This document shows positions 7,636 to 17,005 of a DNA stretch of 24,263 nucleotides, one piece after another (the stretch's first letter is position 1; the number at the start of each line of letters is the position of its first letter). The translations under genes and the position numbers were made by a program. The DNA is taken from the NCBI GenBank assembly GCA_016929395.1, contig JAFGIX010000064.1, forward strand, positions 1 through 24,263, given 5' to 3'. The stretch comes from Candidatus Zymogenus saltonus. Lineage in GTDB: Bacteria; Desulfobacterota; Zymogenia; Zymogenales; Zymogenaceae. The notes below the pieces were generated by a model, which did not search any database, had not been told where the DNA came from, and saw only the letters and a program-made list of their open reading frames with translations.

Positions 7636-10035
7636 ATGGAATCTGAGGCGTTAAATCTTAAAGAGAAGCTGAAGATCAAGGCGGTCAGGAACGTCAGGCG
7701 GGGATACGCGGAGGACGAGTCGGCGAGAGGCATGTACCGCCCCGGGATCACGCTGGACATACAGAGGTCGCGGCTGTTGACCGAATCGTACAGGGAGACC
7801 GAGGACGAGCCGATGGTGATGAGGCGGGCCAAGGGTCTCTACAACATCCTCTCAAAGATGGACATCTACATCCAGGACTGGGAGAGGATAGTAGGAAACA
7901 ACGTATCAACGCCTGAAGGCCTCTACTTTCCCATAGACATGAACTGGCGCTCAGTAAAGAGGGTGGTCAGCGGAAAGGAGGGGGAGGGTCTCCTTGACGA
8001 CGCCGGCAGGGAGGAGCTGGGGGAACTGGTCGATTACTGGCGCGGAAGATCGATGAGCGACATCCAGCAAAACACCTTCACCGGCGACGAGCTGAAGTAC
8101 TGGCGGTACGAGGGGACCTTCATGTGGACGCACTGGTCGGAGCTCGGAATCCCGAACTACGAAAAGATATTTAGGGTAGGCCTCAAGGGTATCATCGAGG
8201 AGGCGAGGAACCGCCTCGACGAGCTTGACCGGATTGTGCCTCTCGATTACGTCGATCAGAAGGAGTTTTTGCAGGCCGTTATAATATCTCTCAATGCAGT
8301 GATAAAGTTCGCCCACCGCTACGCCGAGCTTGCGGTAGAATTGCTCCTTAAGGCCAAAGATCCCGAGGACAGGCGGAGGCTTGAAAAAATTCAAAAGAGT
8401 TGCCTGTGGGTGCCGGAGAATCCCCCGCGAAACCTGGTCGAGGCCCTCCAGTCCTTCTTCTTCATACACGTCGTTCGATACATCGAGTATTCCACGCTGG
8501 GAATCGGGATTCGGTTCGACAAGATATTCGGCCCCTACTACGAGAGGGAGCTGAAAGAGGGAGCGATCACGAGAGAGGAGGGGCTGAAGCTTCTTCAGTT
8601 CCTCTGGGTCAAGTTTCACGAGCTGGGGCTCGTTTACTCCCCCATGCTGACCGCCGTATACGGAGGCGTGGCGTCCCTTCAGGCGATCACCCTTGGGGGT
8701 GTGGACGAAAACGGGGACGACGTCACAAACGAGATGACCTATCTCGTCCTGGATACGGCCGAGAGCATGAAGACGCTGGAGCCGAGCATCGCCCTGAGAT
8801 ACCACGACGGGACGCCGGACAAACTCCTCTCGAAGACGATAGATGTGATTCGTACCGGTATCGGCTATCCCTCCCTCTTCAACGACAAGTCGATTCTCCC
8901 CACCCTTACGGGGTGGGACGTCCCGGAGAGGGACGCCAGGGACTACGCGATCACCGGCTGCGTCTACCTGGAGCTTCCGGGCAAGAACATAGCCAGGAGG
9001 GCCTACGGAGGGATCCTCTTGACCAAGTGCCTCTGGTGGGCCCTTCACATGGGTAAAAATCCGGACACCGGGGAGCAGTGGGGCGCCCCCACCCCCGACC
9101 CGAGGTCCTTCAAATCGGCCGACGACCTGATGGACGCCTATCTCGAGCAGGTGCGCTTCTTCTTCGGGAAACTCAACAAGATCGAGAACACCTGCCGTAA
9201 CCTGTACGAAAAATACCTCCCCAGGCCATTCTACTCCGCCCTTCTGGACGGGTGCATCGAGAAGGGGATGGATTCGAGAAAGTGGGCTTATCCGTCGAGC
9301 GTCCACGACATCTGCATCATAATGGGCCCCACCAACACGGCCGACTCGATAACGGCGATCAAGAAGGTCGTCTTCGAGGACAAAAAGGTAACGATGGACG
9401 GGCTTATCAGGGCGATGGACAAGAACTGGGAGGGTTATGAAGAGATAAGACAGCTGATGCTGAACGCTCCTAAGTACGGAAACGACGACGATTACGCCGA
9501 CGAGATCGCTGTCCGGGTCCACCACGAGACCGCCCGGGTGATGGCGGAGTTCACCGACCGCTTCGGGAACCCCTGCCGTGGCGACGGGAGCGCCGTATCC
9601 GCCACCTACGGCGTCGCCATAAACACCCCCGCAACCCCGGACGGCAGGAGGGACGGGGAGGCCTTCAGCGACGCGACCCTCTCCCCGATTCAGGGGAGAG
9701 ACAGGAAGGGCCCAACGGCCGTCCTGAAATCCGCCTCAAAGATAGACACCACCAAGACCTACAACCACCTCCTGAACCAGAAGTTCCCCCCCTCGGCCCT
9801 GGAGGGGGAGATGAAGGAGGTGTTTAAGTCGTACATCAGGACATGGGGAGAACTCGGGGTCAGCCACGTCCAGTTCAACGTGGTAGACAAGGAGACTCTT
9901 TTGGACGCCCAGGAGAATCCCGGAAAATACCAGGACCTCATCGTCAGGGTGGCGGGGTACAGCGCCTATTTCGTCGACCTGAGCCGCGGACTCCAGGATT
10001 CGATCATATCGAGGACGCAGCAGGCCTTCAGCTGA
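7636..10035 (+). CDS. Glycyl radical enzyme (pyruvate formate-lyase superfamily, single-Cys PFL2/dehydratase-like class), 799 aa; substrate unknown
   Basis: GGGAG lies 6 nt upstream of the ATG at 7636. The track start at 7630 is a TTG. The C-terminal glycyl-radical fingerprint RVAGYSAYF has its Gly codon at 9955-9957 (residue 774, 25 from the end, the same offset as Gly734 in E. coli PflB). The mid-protein loop AITGCVYLELPG has a single candidate thiyl Cys (codon 8959-8961, residue 442). The size and N-terminal region fit GDH/CutC/HypD-like GREs rather than PFL itself. Confidence 0.9.
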   Translation: MESEALNLKEKLKIKAVRNVRRGYAEDESARGMYRPGITLDIQRSRLLTESYRETEDEPMVMRRAKGLYNILSKMDIYIQDWERIVGNNVSTPEGLYFPIDMNWRSVKRVVSGKEGEGLLDDAGREELGELVDYWRGRSMSDIQQNTFTGDELKYWRYEGTFMWTHWSELGIPNYEKIFRVGLKGIIEEARNRLDELDRIVPLDYVDQKEFLQAVIISLNAVIKFAHRYAELAVELLLKAKDPEDRRRLEKIQKSCLWVPENPPRNLVEALQSFFFIHVVRYIEYSTLGIGIRFDKIFGPYYERELKEGAITREEGLKLLQFLWVKFHELGLVYSPMLTAVYGGVASLQAITLGGVDENGDDVTNEMTYLVLDTAESMKTLEPSIALRYHDGTPDKLLSKTIDVIRTGIGYPSLFNDKSILPTLTGWDVPERDARDYAITGCVYLELPGKNIARRAYGGILLTKCLWWALHMGKNPDTGEQWGAPTPDPRSFKSADDLMDAYLEQVRFFFGKLNKIENTCRNLYEKYLPRPFYSALLDGCIEKGMDSRKWAYPSSVHDICIIMGPTNTADSITAIKKVVFEDKKVTMDGLIRAMDKNWEGYEEIRQLMLNAPKYGNDDDYADEIAVRVHHETARVMAEFTDRFGNPCRGDGSAVSATYGVAINTPATPDGRRDGEAFSDATLSPIQGRDRKGPTAVLKSASKIDTTKTYNHLLNQKFPPSALEGEMKEVFKSYIRTWGELGVSHVQFNVVDKETLLDAQENPGKYQDLIVRVAGYSAYFVDLSRGLQDSIISRTQQAFS

Positions 10036-10202
10036 TCCTCCCGGCATCGGATGCGCCCGAGAGATGGAGGGCCAACTTCATATCAAATGGGGGAGCTTTC
10101 CATCCGCCGGTCATCATTATCACCCCGAATTTCCTATTTCAATCGCCTTCCAATTGTCAATGAAACGAATCTTACAGGTCACACTTTCTTACAGGAGCTG
10201 AC

Positions 10203-11243
10203 ATGATGAAAAAGCTGTACATTTTATTTTTTCTCGTTATTTTTATCATTACCCTTTGCGCCCAAACAATGGCGGATGAGGCCGTAGGCTTTAAAGTCGT
10301 CACGGTTTCGGTTGGGGGCGAATATGAAATTTTATGCGGGGTATGGTACCCGGCCGCTGGAGGAAACGCCAGGGCTGCCTACGACTTCGGAAACGGCGCG
10401 GTTACGGGAAAGGCGATCAAAAACGCCGCCCCTAACAAAGATCTCGGCCCGCTTCCGATAATCGTATACTCCCACGGCTATTCGGGCTGCTCCCACTCGT
10501 CCGCCTTTCTTGTGGAGTCTCTTGCGGGGTCGGGATTCATCGTGATCGCCCCCGACCACACCGACGACCTGAAGGCGTGCAGCTTAAAGGAGGGCTTCGT
10601 AAGGGAGCGGGGATACGGATCCAAGCTCGCAAAAAGGGCGATACGATTAAGCCGGGCGCTCTCCAGCGGCGAATACGACACCGGCCACTTCAGATACAGG
10701 TACATGGAGGTGTCGGCCGCAATAGACTGGATAGTTAATGCGGGCGGTGATCCCGCGTCCCCCTTTTACGGCCTCGTGGACCCGGAAAAGATCGGGGCCG
10801 TCGGCCACTCCCTGGGGGCGTACAGCGTGCTTGCCGTATCGGGGGTAATCGATATCGCCCGCGATCCGAGGATCAGGGCGGTCGTTGCGATGTCGGGGCC
10901 GGGGGACAGGGTCTTTGCCTGCGACAAGATGACCGGTGTTAAGGTCCCCGCCATGCTGATGTACGGCGAAGACGAGAGGGGGCGAAAGGAAGAGGGATTA
11001 AACCTCCAGTATCGGTGTCTTGCTGAGCCGAAGTTCCTCCTTGTGATCTCGGGGGCGGATCACCTGACGTTTGCGGAGAGCAGTTTTAGGCGCAGAGACA
11101 GGGCCGCCGAGGAGAAGAGGCACACCGTTATAGCGAGGTACGTGGTTGTCTTCTTCGAGTATTTCATCAAGGGCCAAGAGGGGGCGAAGGGGGTGCTCAA
11201 AGTGCGGAATCCGGGCCTCGAACGGTACGATTTTAACTTTTGA
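10203..11243 (+). CDS. Secreted alpha/beta-hydrolase (dienelactone-hydrolase / PAF-acetylhydrolase / cutinase-like), 346 aa
   Basis: N-terminal signal peptide MMKKLYILFFLVIFIITLCAQTMA. Nucleophile elbow GHSLGA. VYSHGYSG oxyanion region. AGGAG lies 6 nt upstream. Confidence 0.8.
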   Translation: MMKKLYILFFLVIFIITLCAQTMADEAVGFKVVTVSVGGEYEILCGVWYPAAGGNARAAYDFGNGAVTGKAIKNAAPNKDLGPLPIIVYSHGYSGCSHSSAFLVESLAGSGFIVIAPDHTDDLKACSLKEGFVRERGYGSKLAKRAIRLSRALSSGEYDTGHFRYRYMEVSAAIDWIVNAGGDPASPFYGLVDPEKIGAVGHSLGAYSVLAVSGVIDIARDPRIRAVVAMSGPGDRVFACDKMTGVKVPAMLMYGEDERGRKEEGLNLQYRCLAEPKFLLVISGADHLTFAESSFRRRDRAAEEKRHTVIARYVVVFFEYFIKGQEGAKGVLKVRNPGLERYDFNF

Positions 11244-11307
11244 CATTTATCTCAAAGGAAAGTCGATCGATTCCAGACAAATCTCAAAAAAATTCCCTTA
11301 GGGGAGT

Positions 11308-11336
11308 TTACATATCCCCTCCATTAATGGTAGAAT
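11308..11336 (+). promoter_or_regulatory. Sigma-70-type promoter (TTACAT-17-TAGAAT) upstream of the lipoprotein gene
   Basis: TTACAT at 11308-11313, a 17-nt spacer, TAGAAT at 11331-11336, 35 nt before the ATG at 11372. Confidence 0.35.
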
Positions 11337-11371
11337 GCCCGAATTGTTCAGGGACCTATCTATAGCCAAGG

Positions 11372-12271
11372 ATGTTTAGAAACAAGTCAAAAACAGGACT
11401 GCTAAAGAGGGATGCCGAAGGCGCCCCGGCTGGCGCCCTTGTCTTATCCGCGATCTTTATACTCATCCTGTTTTCCTTCGTCTCATGCTCCGGGGGAGGG
11501 GAGAAAGTCGAGGACACCGCCGGTTCCCCGGGCACGGAAACTGGATTGACTCCGGAGACGGGGGAAGGCAGCACAGGCAATATTGACGATATGGTCGATG
11601 TGGGAGTCTTGAAGGGGGAGGAACTCTCCGGCCTTCGGCTCACCGCAAAGACGAGGCTGACCTACCTTGTCAACGGCGCCGTTGAGGAGGCCGAGGAGGG
11701 ATTCGTCGCAATCGACGGAAACAAGACAAGGTACGAGACGCCGAAGTGCGGGGAGCTTGGCTACAGCCACGTCACGGTCGACAGGGGGGACCTCAAGCTG
11801 ACATTTGTCCTCATACCGGAGAGGAGACGTTACTTCGAGATCAAGAGAGAAACAGGGAACGAGCGAAACAAAGACAATGCCGGGGACTATTCATCTTCGG
11901 GCAAAACCCCTTCCGGCCAGAGCCTCATCTTCGGCGGGACACTTGAGCCGTTCGGCCCCTCCGCAAACGAGGTCTCGAGGAAGTCCCTCGGAGTCGAGGA
12001 GGTTCGGGGTTACGCCTGCGAGAAATTCAGGGTCAAGGAGGAGTTTCTCGACGGAAGCTTCACCCGCTACACCGAATGGCTGGCCGCGGACCTGAATCAC
12101 CTCCCGATAAAGACGGAATACAGGCTCAAGGCGGGCTCCGACCTGTATATCACCAGGTGGGAGCTGATCGATATAAAGATGGGGGCACCCTCCCCCGATC
12201 TCTTCAACGTCCCCGATGGATACGTCAGGGTCAATAACATCTCCGAGGCGCTGAAGGAGGTAGCTCCCTGA
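11372..12271 (+). CDS. Hypothetical lipoprotein (possibly LolA/LppX-like beta-fold), 299 aa
   Basis: Signal peptide ending FSFVSCSGGG (lipobox-like), followed by a Gly/Thr/Glu-rich linker and a beta-rich domain. No catalytic motif recognised. Confidence 0.7.
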   Translation: MFRNKSKTGLLKRDAEGAPAGALVLSAIFILILFSFVSCSGGGEKVEDTAGSPGTETGLTPETGEGSTGNIDDMVDVGVLKGEELSGLRLTAKTRLTYLVNGAVEEAEEGFVAIDGNKTRYETPKCGELGYSHVTVDRGDLKLTFVLIPERRRYFEIKRETGNERNKDNAGDYSSSGKTPSGQSLIFGGTLEPFGPSANEVSRKSLGVEEVRGYACEKFRVKEEFLDGSFTRYTEWLAADLNHLPIKTEYRLKAGSDLYITRWELIDIKMGAPSPDLFNVPDGYVRVNNISEALKEVAP

Positions 12272-12355
12272 CGGATTTGATTGAAACCATTTACGGGTAA
12301 TATTAACTATTAACTCTAAGACTTAAATCTTGATTTGAAAAACGGAGGCAACTTA

Positions 12356-13408
12356 ATGGAAAAACTTATTGATTATCTCTCCCAGACTTATTTCGGCAAC
12401 ACCCTGGTTCAGTACCTATACTTCTTCCTTATCATCATCGGCTTCGCCATTCTGGCGAAGGCCATCTACTATACCTTCAAACACAAGATAAGTAAACTGA
12501 CCAATAAGACAGACACGAAGCTGGACAATATGATAATCGATTTCATCGAGGAGCCGATATCCTTGATTCTTGTCGTTGTCGGTTTCTGGGTGGCCTTTAA
12601 GACCTTGAATCTATCTGAGGAATTCGAGAAATTCATATCCCAGGTTTTGACCATTATCTTTCTCCTGATAGTCACGTGGCTCGTGGTCAGGCTCGTGGAC
12701 GTTGTGGTGAAGGGGTTTTTGTCCCCCCTCGTGGCAAAGTCGGAATCTAAGCTGGACGATCAGGTCATCCCGGTGATCTCCAACCTTGCGAAGATCGCCA
12801 TCTGGATAATGGTGATTATCGTCCTCCTTTCCGAGCTCGGCTACGACGTCTTATCCCTGGTTACCGGCCTCGGCCTCGGCGGTGTGGCCATCGCCATGGC
12901 GGCCAAGGACACGATAGGCCACATGTTCGGCGGCTTCAACATCTTTATGAACAAGCCCTTTCAGATTGACGACGTCGTCCTCTTTAAAGGTACTGAGGGA
13001 ACGATAGAGGAGGTCGGCCTGAGGATGAGCTCTCTCAGGACATGGGACGACACGAAGGTCTTTATCCCCAACAGCGAAATAGCGAACTCGGTGCTGGAAA
13101 ACATATCGGCGAGAAAGGCGAAAAGGGTGGTAAGCAATATCCACGTCGCCGTGGACGTAAACGCCGCATCCATCGAAAAGGCAACGGATACGATAATCAA
13201 GACCGTAAAGAGCATAGACGGCATAACGGAGAACGTCCGGTGCGACTTCTACGACTATCTCGACTTCTCCCTCATCTTCAGGCTGGAATACTGGATCGAG
13301 CTTGACAAGGACTATTTCAGGATGCGCAACAAGGTGAACACCGAGACAAAGAAGGTATTGGAGAAGATGAAAATCAGGCTTTCACATCCCCCCGGAGCAA
13401 AGGCGTGA
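12356..13408 (+). CDS. Small-conductance mechanosensitive channel, MscS family, about 350 aa
   Basis: GGAGG at 12343-12347 lies 8 nt upstream of the ATG at 12356. The track start at 12335 is a TTG. Three N-terminal TM helices, a Gly/Ala-rich pore helix (LVTGLGLGGVAIAMAAKD) and the conserved FIPNSEIAN segment of MscS channels. Confidence 0.85.
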   Translation: MEKLIDYLSQTYFGNTLVQYLYFFLIIIGFAILAKAIYYTFKHKISKLTNKTDTKLDNMIIDFIEEPISLILVVVGFWVAFKTLNLSEEFEKFISQVLTIIFLLIVTWLVVRLVDVVVKGFLSPLVAKSESKLDDQVIPVISNLAKIAIWIMVIIVLLSELGYDVLSLVTGLGLGGVAIAMAAKDTIGHMFGGFNIFMNKPFQIDDVVLFKGTEGTIEEVGLRMSSLRTWDDTKVFIPNSEIANSVLENISARKAKRVVSNIHVAVDVNAASIEKATDTIIKTVKSIDGITENVRCDFYDYLDFSLIFRLEYWIELDKDYFRMRNKVNTETKKVLEKMKIRLSHPPGAKA

Positions 13409-13410
13409 GG

Positions 13411-13851
13411 CTAATAGTTTCTAATGTGGGCCTTCTTCCTCCTGTAGTCGCTCAGGAAGTAGACGAACAGAGCCGCGAAGAGGAGGTCGACCGCGCCGAA
13501 GATGACAAGGATGAAGGTGAGTCCCCAGAAGAGTCCGGCGTAAACGAGGAAGATCCCGGCCCAGGCCCTTAGGGCGACCCCGAAGACCGGGATGTAGAAT
13601 TTGTACCTCTCGTAGCTTACGTAAGGGAAAACGTATCCGAGGCCGATAAATACTGAAAAGACGCCGTTCACCTTGAGCCAAGCCATCTCCAAGGATTTAT
13701 CCGGCGTCATCGGGAGGTTGGGGTCTATTGCGCTCATAAAAAGGTACAAAACGGCGTAAAGGAAAAATCCCGAAAGGCCCGCGAGAATGTCGTATGCGCC
13801 GGCGAAAAGTATAAAGAACCTGTAGGGACTGGATACGTATGGCGATTGCAT
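13411..13851 (-). CDS. Small integral membrane protein (4 predicted TM helices), 146 aa, function unknown
   Basis: Convergent with MscS; the two stop codons are 2 nt apart. Strongly hydrophobic and Tyr/Phe-rich. No obvious SD at the 13851 start, so the start is uncertain. Confidence 0.55.
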   Translation of the reverse strand: MQSPYVSSPYRFFILFAGAYDILAGLSGFFLYAVLYLFMSAIDPNLPMTPDKSLEMAWLKVNGVFSVFIGLGYVFPYVSYERYKFYIPVFGVALRAWAGIFLVYAGLFWGLTFILVIFGAVDLLFAALFVYFLSDYRRKKAHIRNY

Positions 13852-14014
13852 AATGGATTAAGGATAGCATGGAGAATTTGGGGGCGCAAGAAAAATTGTC
13901 GCCCGGTCTCCCTTCCCCGAAAATTCAGGAAACAACGACCCGCTTAATAAGAGCGGATTAAACAGCCGATCTTACCCTACAATTGCAATATCAATTTTTT
14001 TTCAAAGGATTATT

Positions 14015-15076
14015 ATGAAGGAACTGCTATTTAAAATGAGGCGTTTTTTTCTGATCGTATCCATCTTGGCATTCCTGATGCTCGTCTTTCTCGCATCATC
14101 GATAATCTTGGGGAGATGGGTATGCAAATCCAAACCCCCTAATTTTCTAGGAAACCACAAAAAGAACATCATGATGGTCAACGACGACGAAAAAATTATG
14201 GAGCCGTTCACCTTTCTCGTTGTCGGCGATATAGGATTAAAGAGACATTTTGTACACTTCATCGAGAATATCGAGTTCCACGAAACACCCGATTTCGGTT
14301 TTTTCCTGGGGGACTTCGTGAAAAATCCCGAGAAGGAGAACCACTGCTTTTTCAACTACCGGTACTCTAAAATAGAGCTGATGTTTCCTGTCTTCCTTCT
14401 CGCGGGAAATCACGATATCGCGCTGGGAAAATACAAATCAAAGCCGAACGCATTTTTTCTTGAGGACTTCGAGGAGACCTACGGCCCTGCAAATTTCTTC
14501 TTCAAGCATCACGGGTGTCTGTTTGTCGCCGCAAACGACTGCTACAACGACAACTATGTGGACTATCTGAGGGAGGTGCTCGCCAGGGAATCGAGAGACG
14601 CCGTTTTGACGTTCGTTTTGATGCACATCCCCCCGACTTCGATAATACCGGCCAAGAAATTTCGGCCCCTTGAGAGGGAGGAGGAGTTTCTCTCCTTGAT
14701 GAAGGAGTTCGATGTGGACTACTTCTTCAGCGGCGATTTCCACTCTTACTACAGGTTAAACAAGGACGGCGTGGACTACATCATCACGGGCGGGGGCGGC
14801 TCAAAGCTGTGCTATGACGAGAATAAATGCAGCTTTCACCACGTAATTGTGATCAGCGTGAATCCGAAAACGGGGAAAATTACCGAACGGGTGTATCCGA
14901 TCAGGGAAGTGTTTGACATCGTCTTCGACTATGAAAAGCTTGTCATCACAAAGGTCTACCCCGTTTTGAAAAGAAGCCCCCTCCTCTCATGGATCTCCAT
15001 TCTCGCAATTCTCCTCGTATTCATGGCCTCGACCATAGTCTACATCAGGATTGCAAGGAGAAAAAGGGAGTTTTGA
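14015..15076 (+). CDS. Membrane-anchored calcineurin-like metallophosphoesterase, 353 aa
   Basis: AAGGA lies 7 nt upstream. N- and C-terminal hydrophobic helices. Phosphoesterase motifs VVGDIG, LGDFV, AGNHD, MHIPP, GGGG. Confidence 0.8.
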   Translation: MKELLFKMRRFFLIVSILAFLMLVFLASSIILGRWVCKSKPPNFLGNHKKNIMMVNDDEKIMEPFTFLVVGDIGLKRHFVHFIENIEFHETPDFGFFLGDFVKNPEKENHCFFNYRYSKIELMFPVFLLAGNHDIALGKYKSKPNAFFLEDFEETYGPANFFFKHHGCLFVAANDCYNDNYVDYLREVLARESRDAVLTFVLMHIPPTSIIPAKKFRPLEREEEFLSLMKEFDVDYFFSGDFHSYYRLNKDGVDYIITGGGGSKLCYDENKCSFHHVIVISVNPKTGKITERVYPIREVFDIVFDYEKLVITKVYPVLKRSPLLSWISILAILLVFMASTIVYIRIARRKREF

Positions 15077-15308
15077 AATAGAGATAAAATCAGAGCGGCT
15101 GTCCCCTATGTAGCAATTGGTGGTCGATTCTTATCTAAAATCGAATACAAATCGAATATGATGGATATCAACTTCGGGGTGATAATCGGCCGCTTTCCCC
15201 ACCCTCTTAGTTCCCCAGCCTTCTCCCGTTCGCCGATCTGGTTTTGACTTGTTGCATCAAATAATATTTACAACTTGCCTTTATCATACCTGTAAGGTCG
15301 AAAAAAGC

Positions 15309-15337
15309 TTGATAAAGTCGTAAACATGTCCTACAAT
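15309..15337 (+). promoter_or_regulatory. Sigma-70-type promoter (TTGATA-17-TACAAT) for the sigma-54 activator gene
   Basis: TTGATA at 15309-15314, a 17-nt spacer, TACAAT at 15332-15337. The -10 is embedded in the palindrome cCTACaatacaGTAGg (15330-15345), suggesting autoregulation. Confidence 0.35.
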
Positions 15338-15378
15338 ACAGTAGGATAGTAGGTTAGATCATACCAAACGGTAGCTTT
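15330..15378. promoter_or_regulatory. Cluster of palindromic sites upstream of the activator gene: CTAC-N6-GTAG (15330-15345) and TACC-aaac-GGTA (15362-15373), the latter inside a 20-bp sequence repeated exactly at 16990-17009
   Basis: Direct reading. tcataccaaacggtagcttt at 15359-15378 is identical to 16990-17009. Confidence 0.4.
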
Positions 15379-15442
15379 TGGGCAAAACTCCATTTAAAGG
15401 TCGATCCAATCGAATTTAAGTCGGCTTTTTAAGGAAGAAGAG

Positions 15443-17005
15443 ATGGAGACATCAACGGAATATTCAAGGACAAGCAGGGAAACCACGGAGCTGAGCCTCA
15501 TCTACGAAATCAGCAAGACCCTCGACTCCAGCATGGAGATCGAGGATGTCCTGGGCCCTGTCCTCGAAAAGATGGCCACGCACATGGGGATGGTTCACGG
15601 CGCCATCACGCTTCTCGAGAGGCAGACCGGCGACATCTTCATCGACACCGCCTACGGCCTCTCCGATTCCCAGATGAAAAGGGGGAGATACAAGCTGGGC
15701 GAGGGAGTAACCGGAAGAGTCGTCCAGACCGGAAAGCCGGTTGTCGTCTCGCGAATCTCGGAGGAGCCCCAGTTCCTGAACAGGACCGGAGCGGGGAGGA
15801 GCTTCGCCGACAAGGACGTCTCCTTCATCTGCGTCCCCATAAAGCTGGAAAACGAGGTTATCGGCGCCCTGAGCTTCGACAGGCCCTACAGCGAAACGGC
15901 CCCCCTCGATGACGACATCCGAATACTCTCCATCATATCCTCCATGATAGCCCAGGCCGTCCACTTGAGGAGATCCGCCCAGGAGGAGCGCCAGAGACTC
16001 CTTGACGAGAATGTCAGGCTGAAGGAGGAGCTCAAGGACCGCTTTAAGCCCGACAACATCATAGGAAACTCCAAGGCGATGCAGGAGGTCTATGACCTGA
16101 TCATGCGGGTCTCCAAGACCAACGCGACGGTGCTGATCAAGGGGGAGAGCGGCACTGGAAAGGAGCTTGTCGCCCACGCCATCCATTTTCACAGCCAGAG
16201 GGCGAACAGCCCCTTCATAAAGGTCAACTGCGCGGCGCTGCCGGAGACGATCATAGAAAGCGAGCTCTTCGGCCACGAAAAGGGGGCCTTCACCGGCGCC
16301 CTCAAGACGAAGAAGGGGAGATTCGAGCTTGCCCACGGCGGGACCCTGTTCCTTGACGAGGTGGGGGACCTCTCCCAGGAGACCCAGATCAAGCTCTTGA
16401 GGGTCCTTCAGGAGCGGGAGTTCGAGAGGGTCGGGGGGACAGATACGATCAAGGTGAACGTCAGGATAATAACCGCCACAAACAGGGACATCGAGGCGCT
16501 GATAGAAAAAGGGAGCTTCAGGGAGGACTTATACTTTCGTCTGAACGTCTTTCCCATCCACATACCCCCGCTGAGAGACAGGAAAACGGACATCCTTCTT
16601 CTGGCCGACCACTTCGCCGAGAGGTACGGAAAAGAGAACAACAAGGCCATCAGGCGAATATCGACCCCCGCCATCGACATGTTGATGTGCTACCACTGGC
16701 CAGGAAACGTCCGTGAGCTCGAAAACACCATAGAGCGGGCCGTGATCCTGAGCAACAACAACGTTATCCACGGCCACCACCTCCCCCCCACCCTCCAGAC
16801 CGCCGAGGCCACGGGGACCCCCGTAAAGGCGACGCTTGGAGACGCCCTCGATTCGCTGGAGAGGGAGATGCTCCTGGACGCCCTTAAGTCCTCGAGGGGA
16901 AACAGGGCCGCCGCTGCGAGGCAGCTCGGCATATCGGAGAGGCTGATGGGGATACGCGTGAAAAAACACGGGATCGAGCCTGGAAGATTTCATACCAAAC
17001 GGTAG
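15443..17005 (+). CDS. Sigma-54-dependent transcriptional activator (bEBP) with N-terminal GAF domain, AAA+ core and C-terminal Fis-type HTH (NifA-like architecture), 520 aa
   Basis: Walker [15 protein letters not shown] motif in [15 protein letters not shown]. Arg-finger region. C-terminal [21 protein letters not shown]. The N-terminal roughly 170 aa is GAF-like. AAGGA lies 7 nt upstream. Confidence 0.9.
   Translation: METSTEYSRTSRETTELSLIYEISKTLDSSMEIEDVLGPVLEKMATHMGMVHGAITLLERQTGDIFIDTAYGLSDSQMKRGRYKLGEGVTGRVVQTGKPVVVSRISEEPQFLNRTGAGRSFADKDVSFICVPIKLENEVIGALSFDRPYSETAPLDDDIRILSIISSMIAQAVHLRRSAQEERQRLLDENVRLKEELKDRFKPDNIIGNSKAMQEVYDLIMRVSKTNATVLIKGESGTGKELVAHAIHFHSQRANSPFIKVNCAALPETIIESELFGHEKGAFTGALKTKKGRFELAHGGTLFLDEVGDLSQETQIKLLRVLQEREFERVGGTDTIKVNVRIITATNRDIEALIEKGSFREDLYFRLNVFPIHIPPLRDRKTDILLLADHFAERYGKENNKAIRRISTPAIDMLMCYHWPGNVRELENTIERAVILSNNNVIHGHHLPPTLQTAEATGTPVKATLGDALDSLEREMLLDALKSSRGNRAAAARQLGISERLMGIRVKKHGIEPGRFHTKR

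Noticed and set aside
7951-9525. 524-aa ORF on the - strand inside the GRE gene
   Set aside because: It is an antisense shadow ORF of a GC-rich gene. Its translation is Arg/Gly/Pro/Val-rich low-complexity with no motifs and no start context. The + strand GRE frame carries unmistakable family signatures.
15464-16336. 290-aa antisense ORF within the sigma-54 activator gene, plus 16529-17038 (-)
   Set aside because: They are shadow ORFs. The + strand frame contains Walker A, GAFTGA and the HTH.
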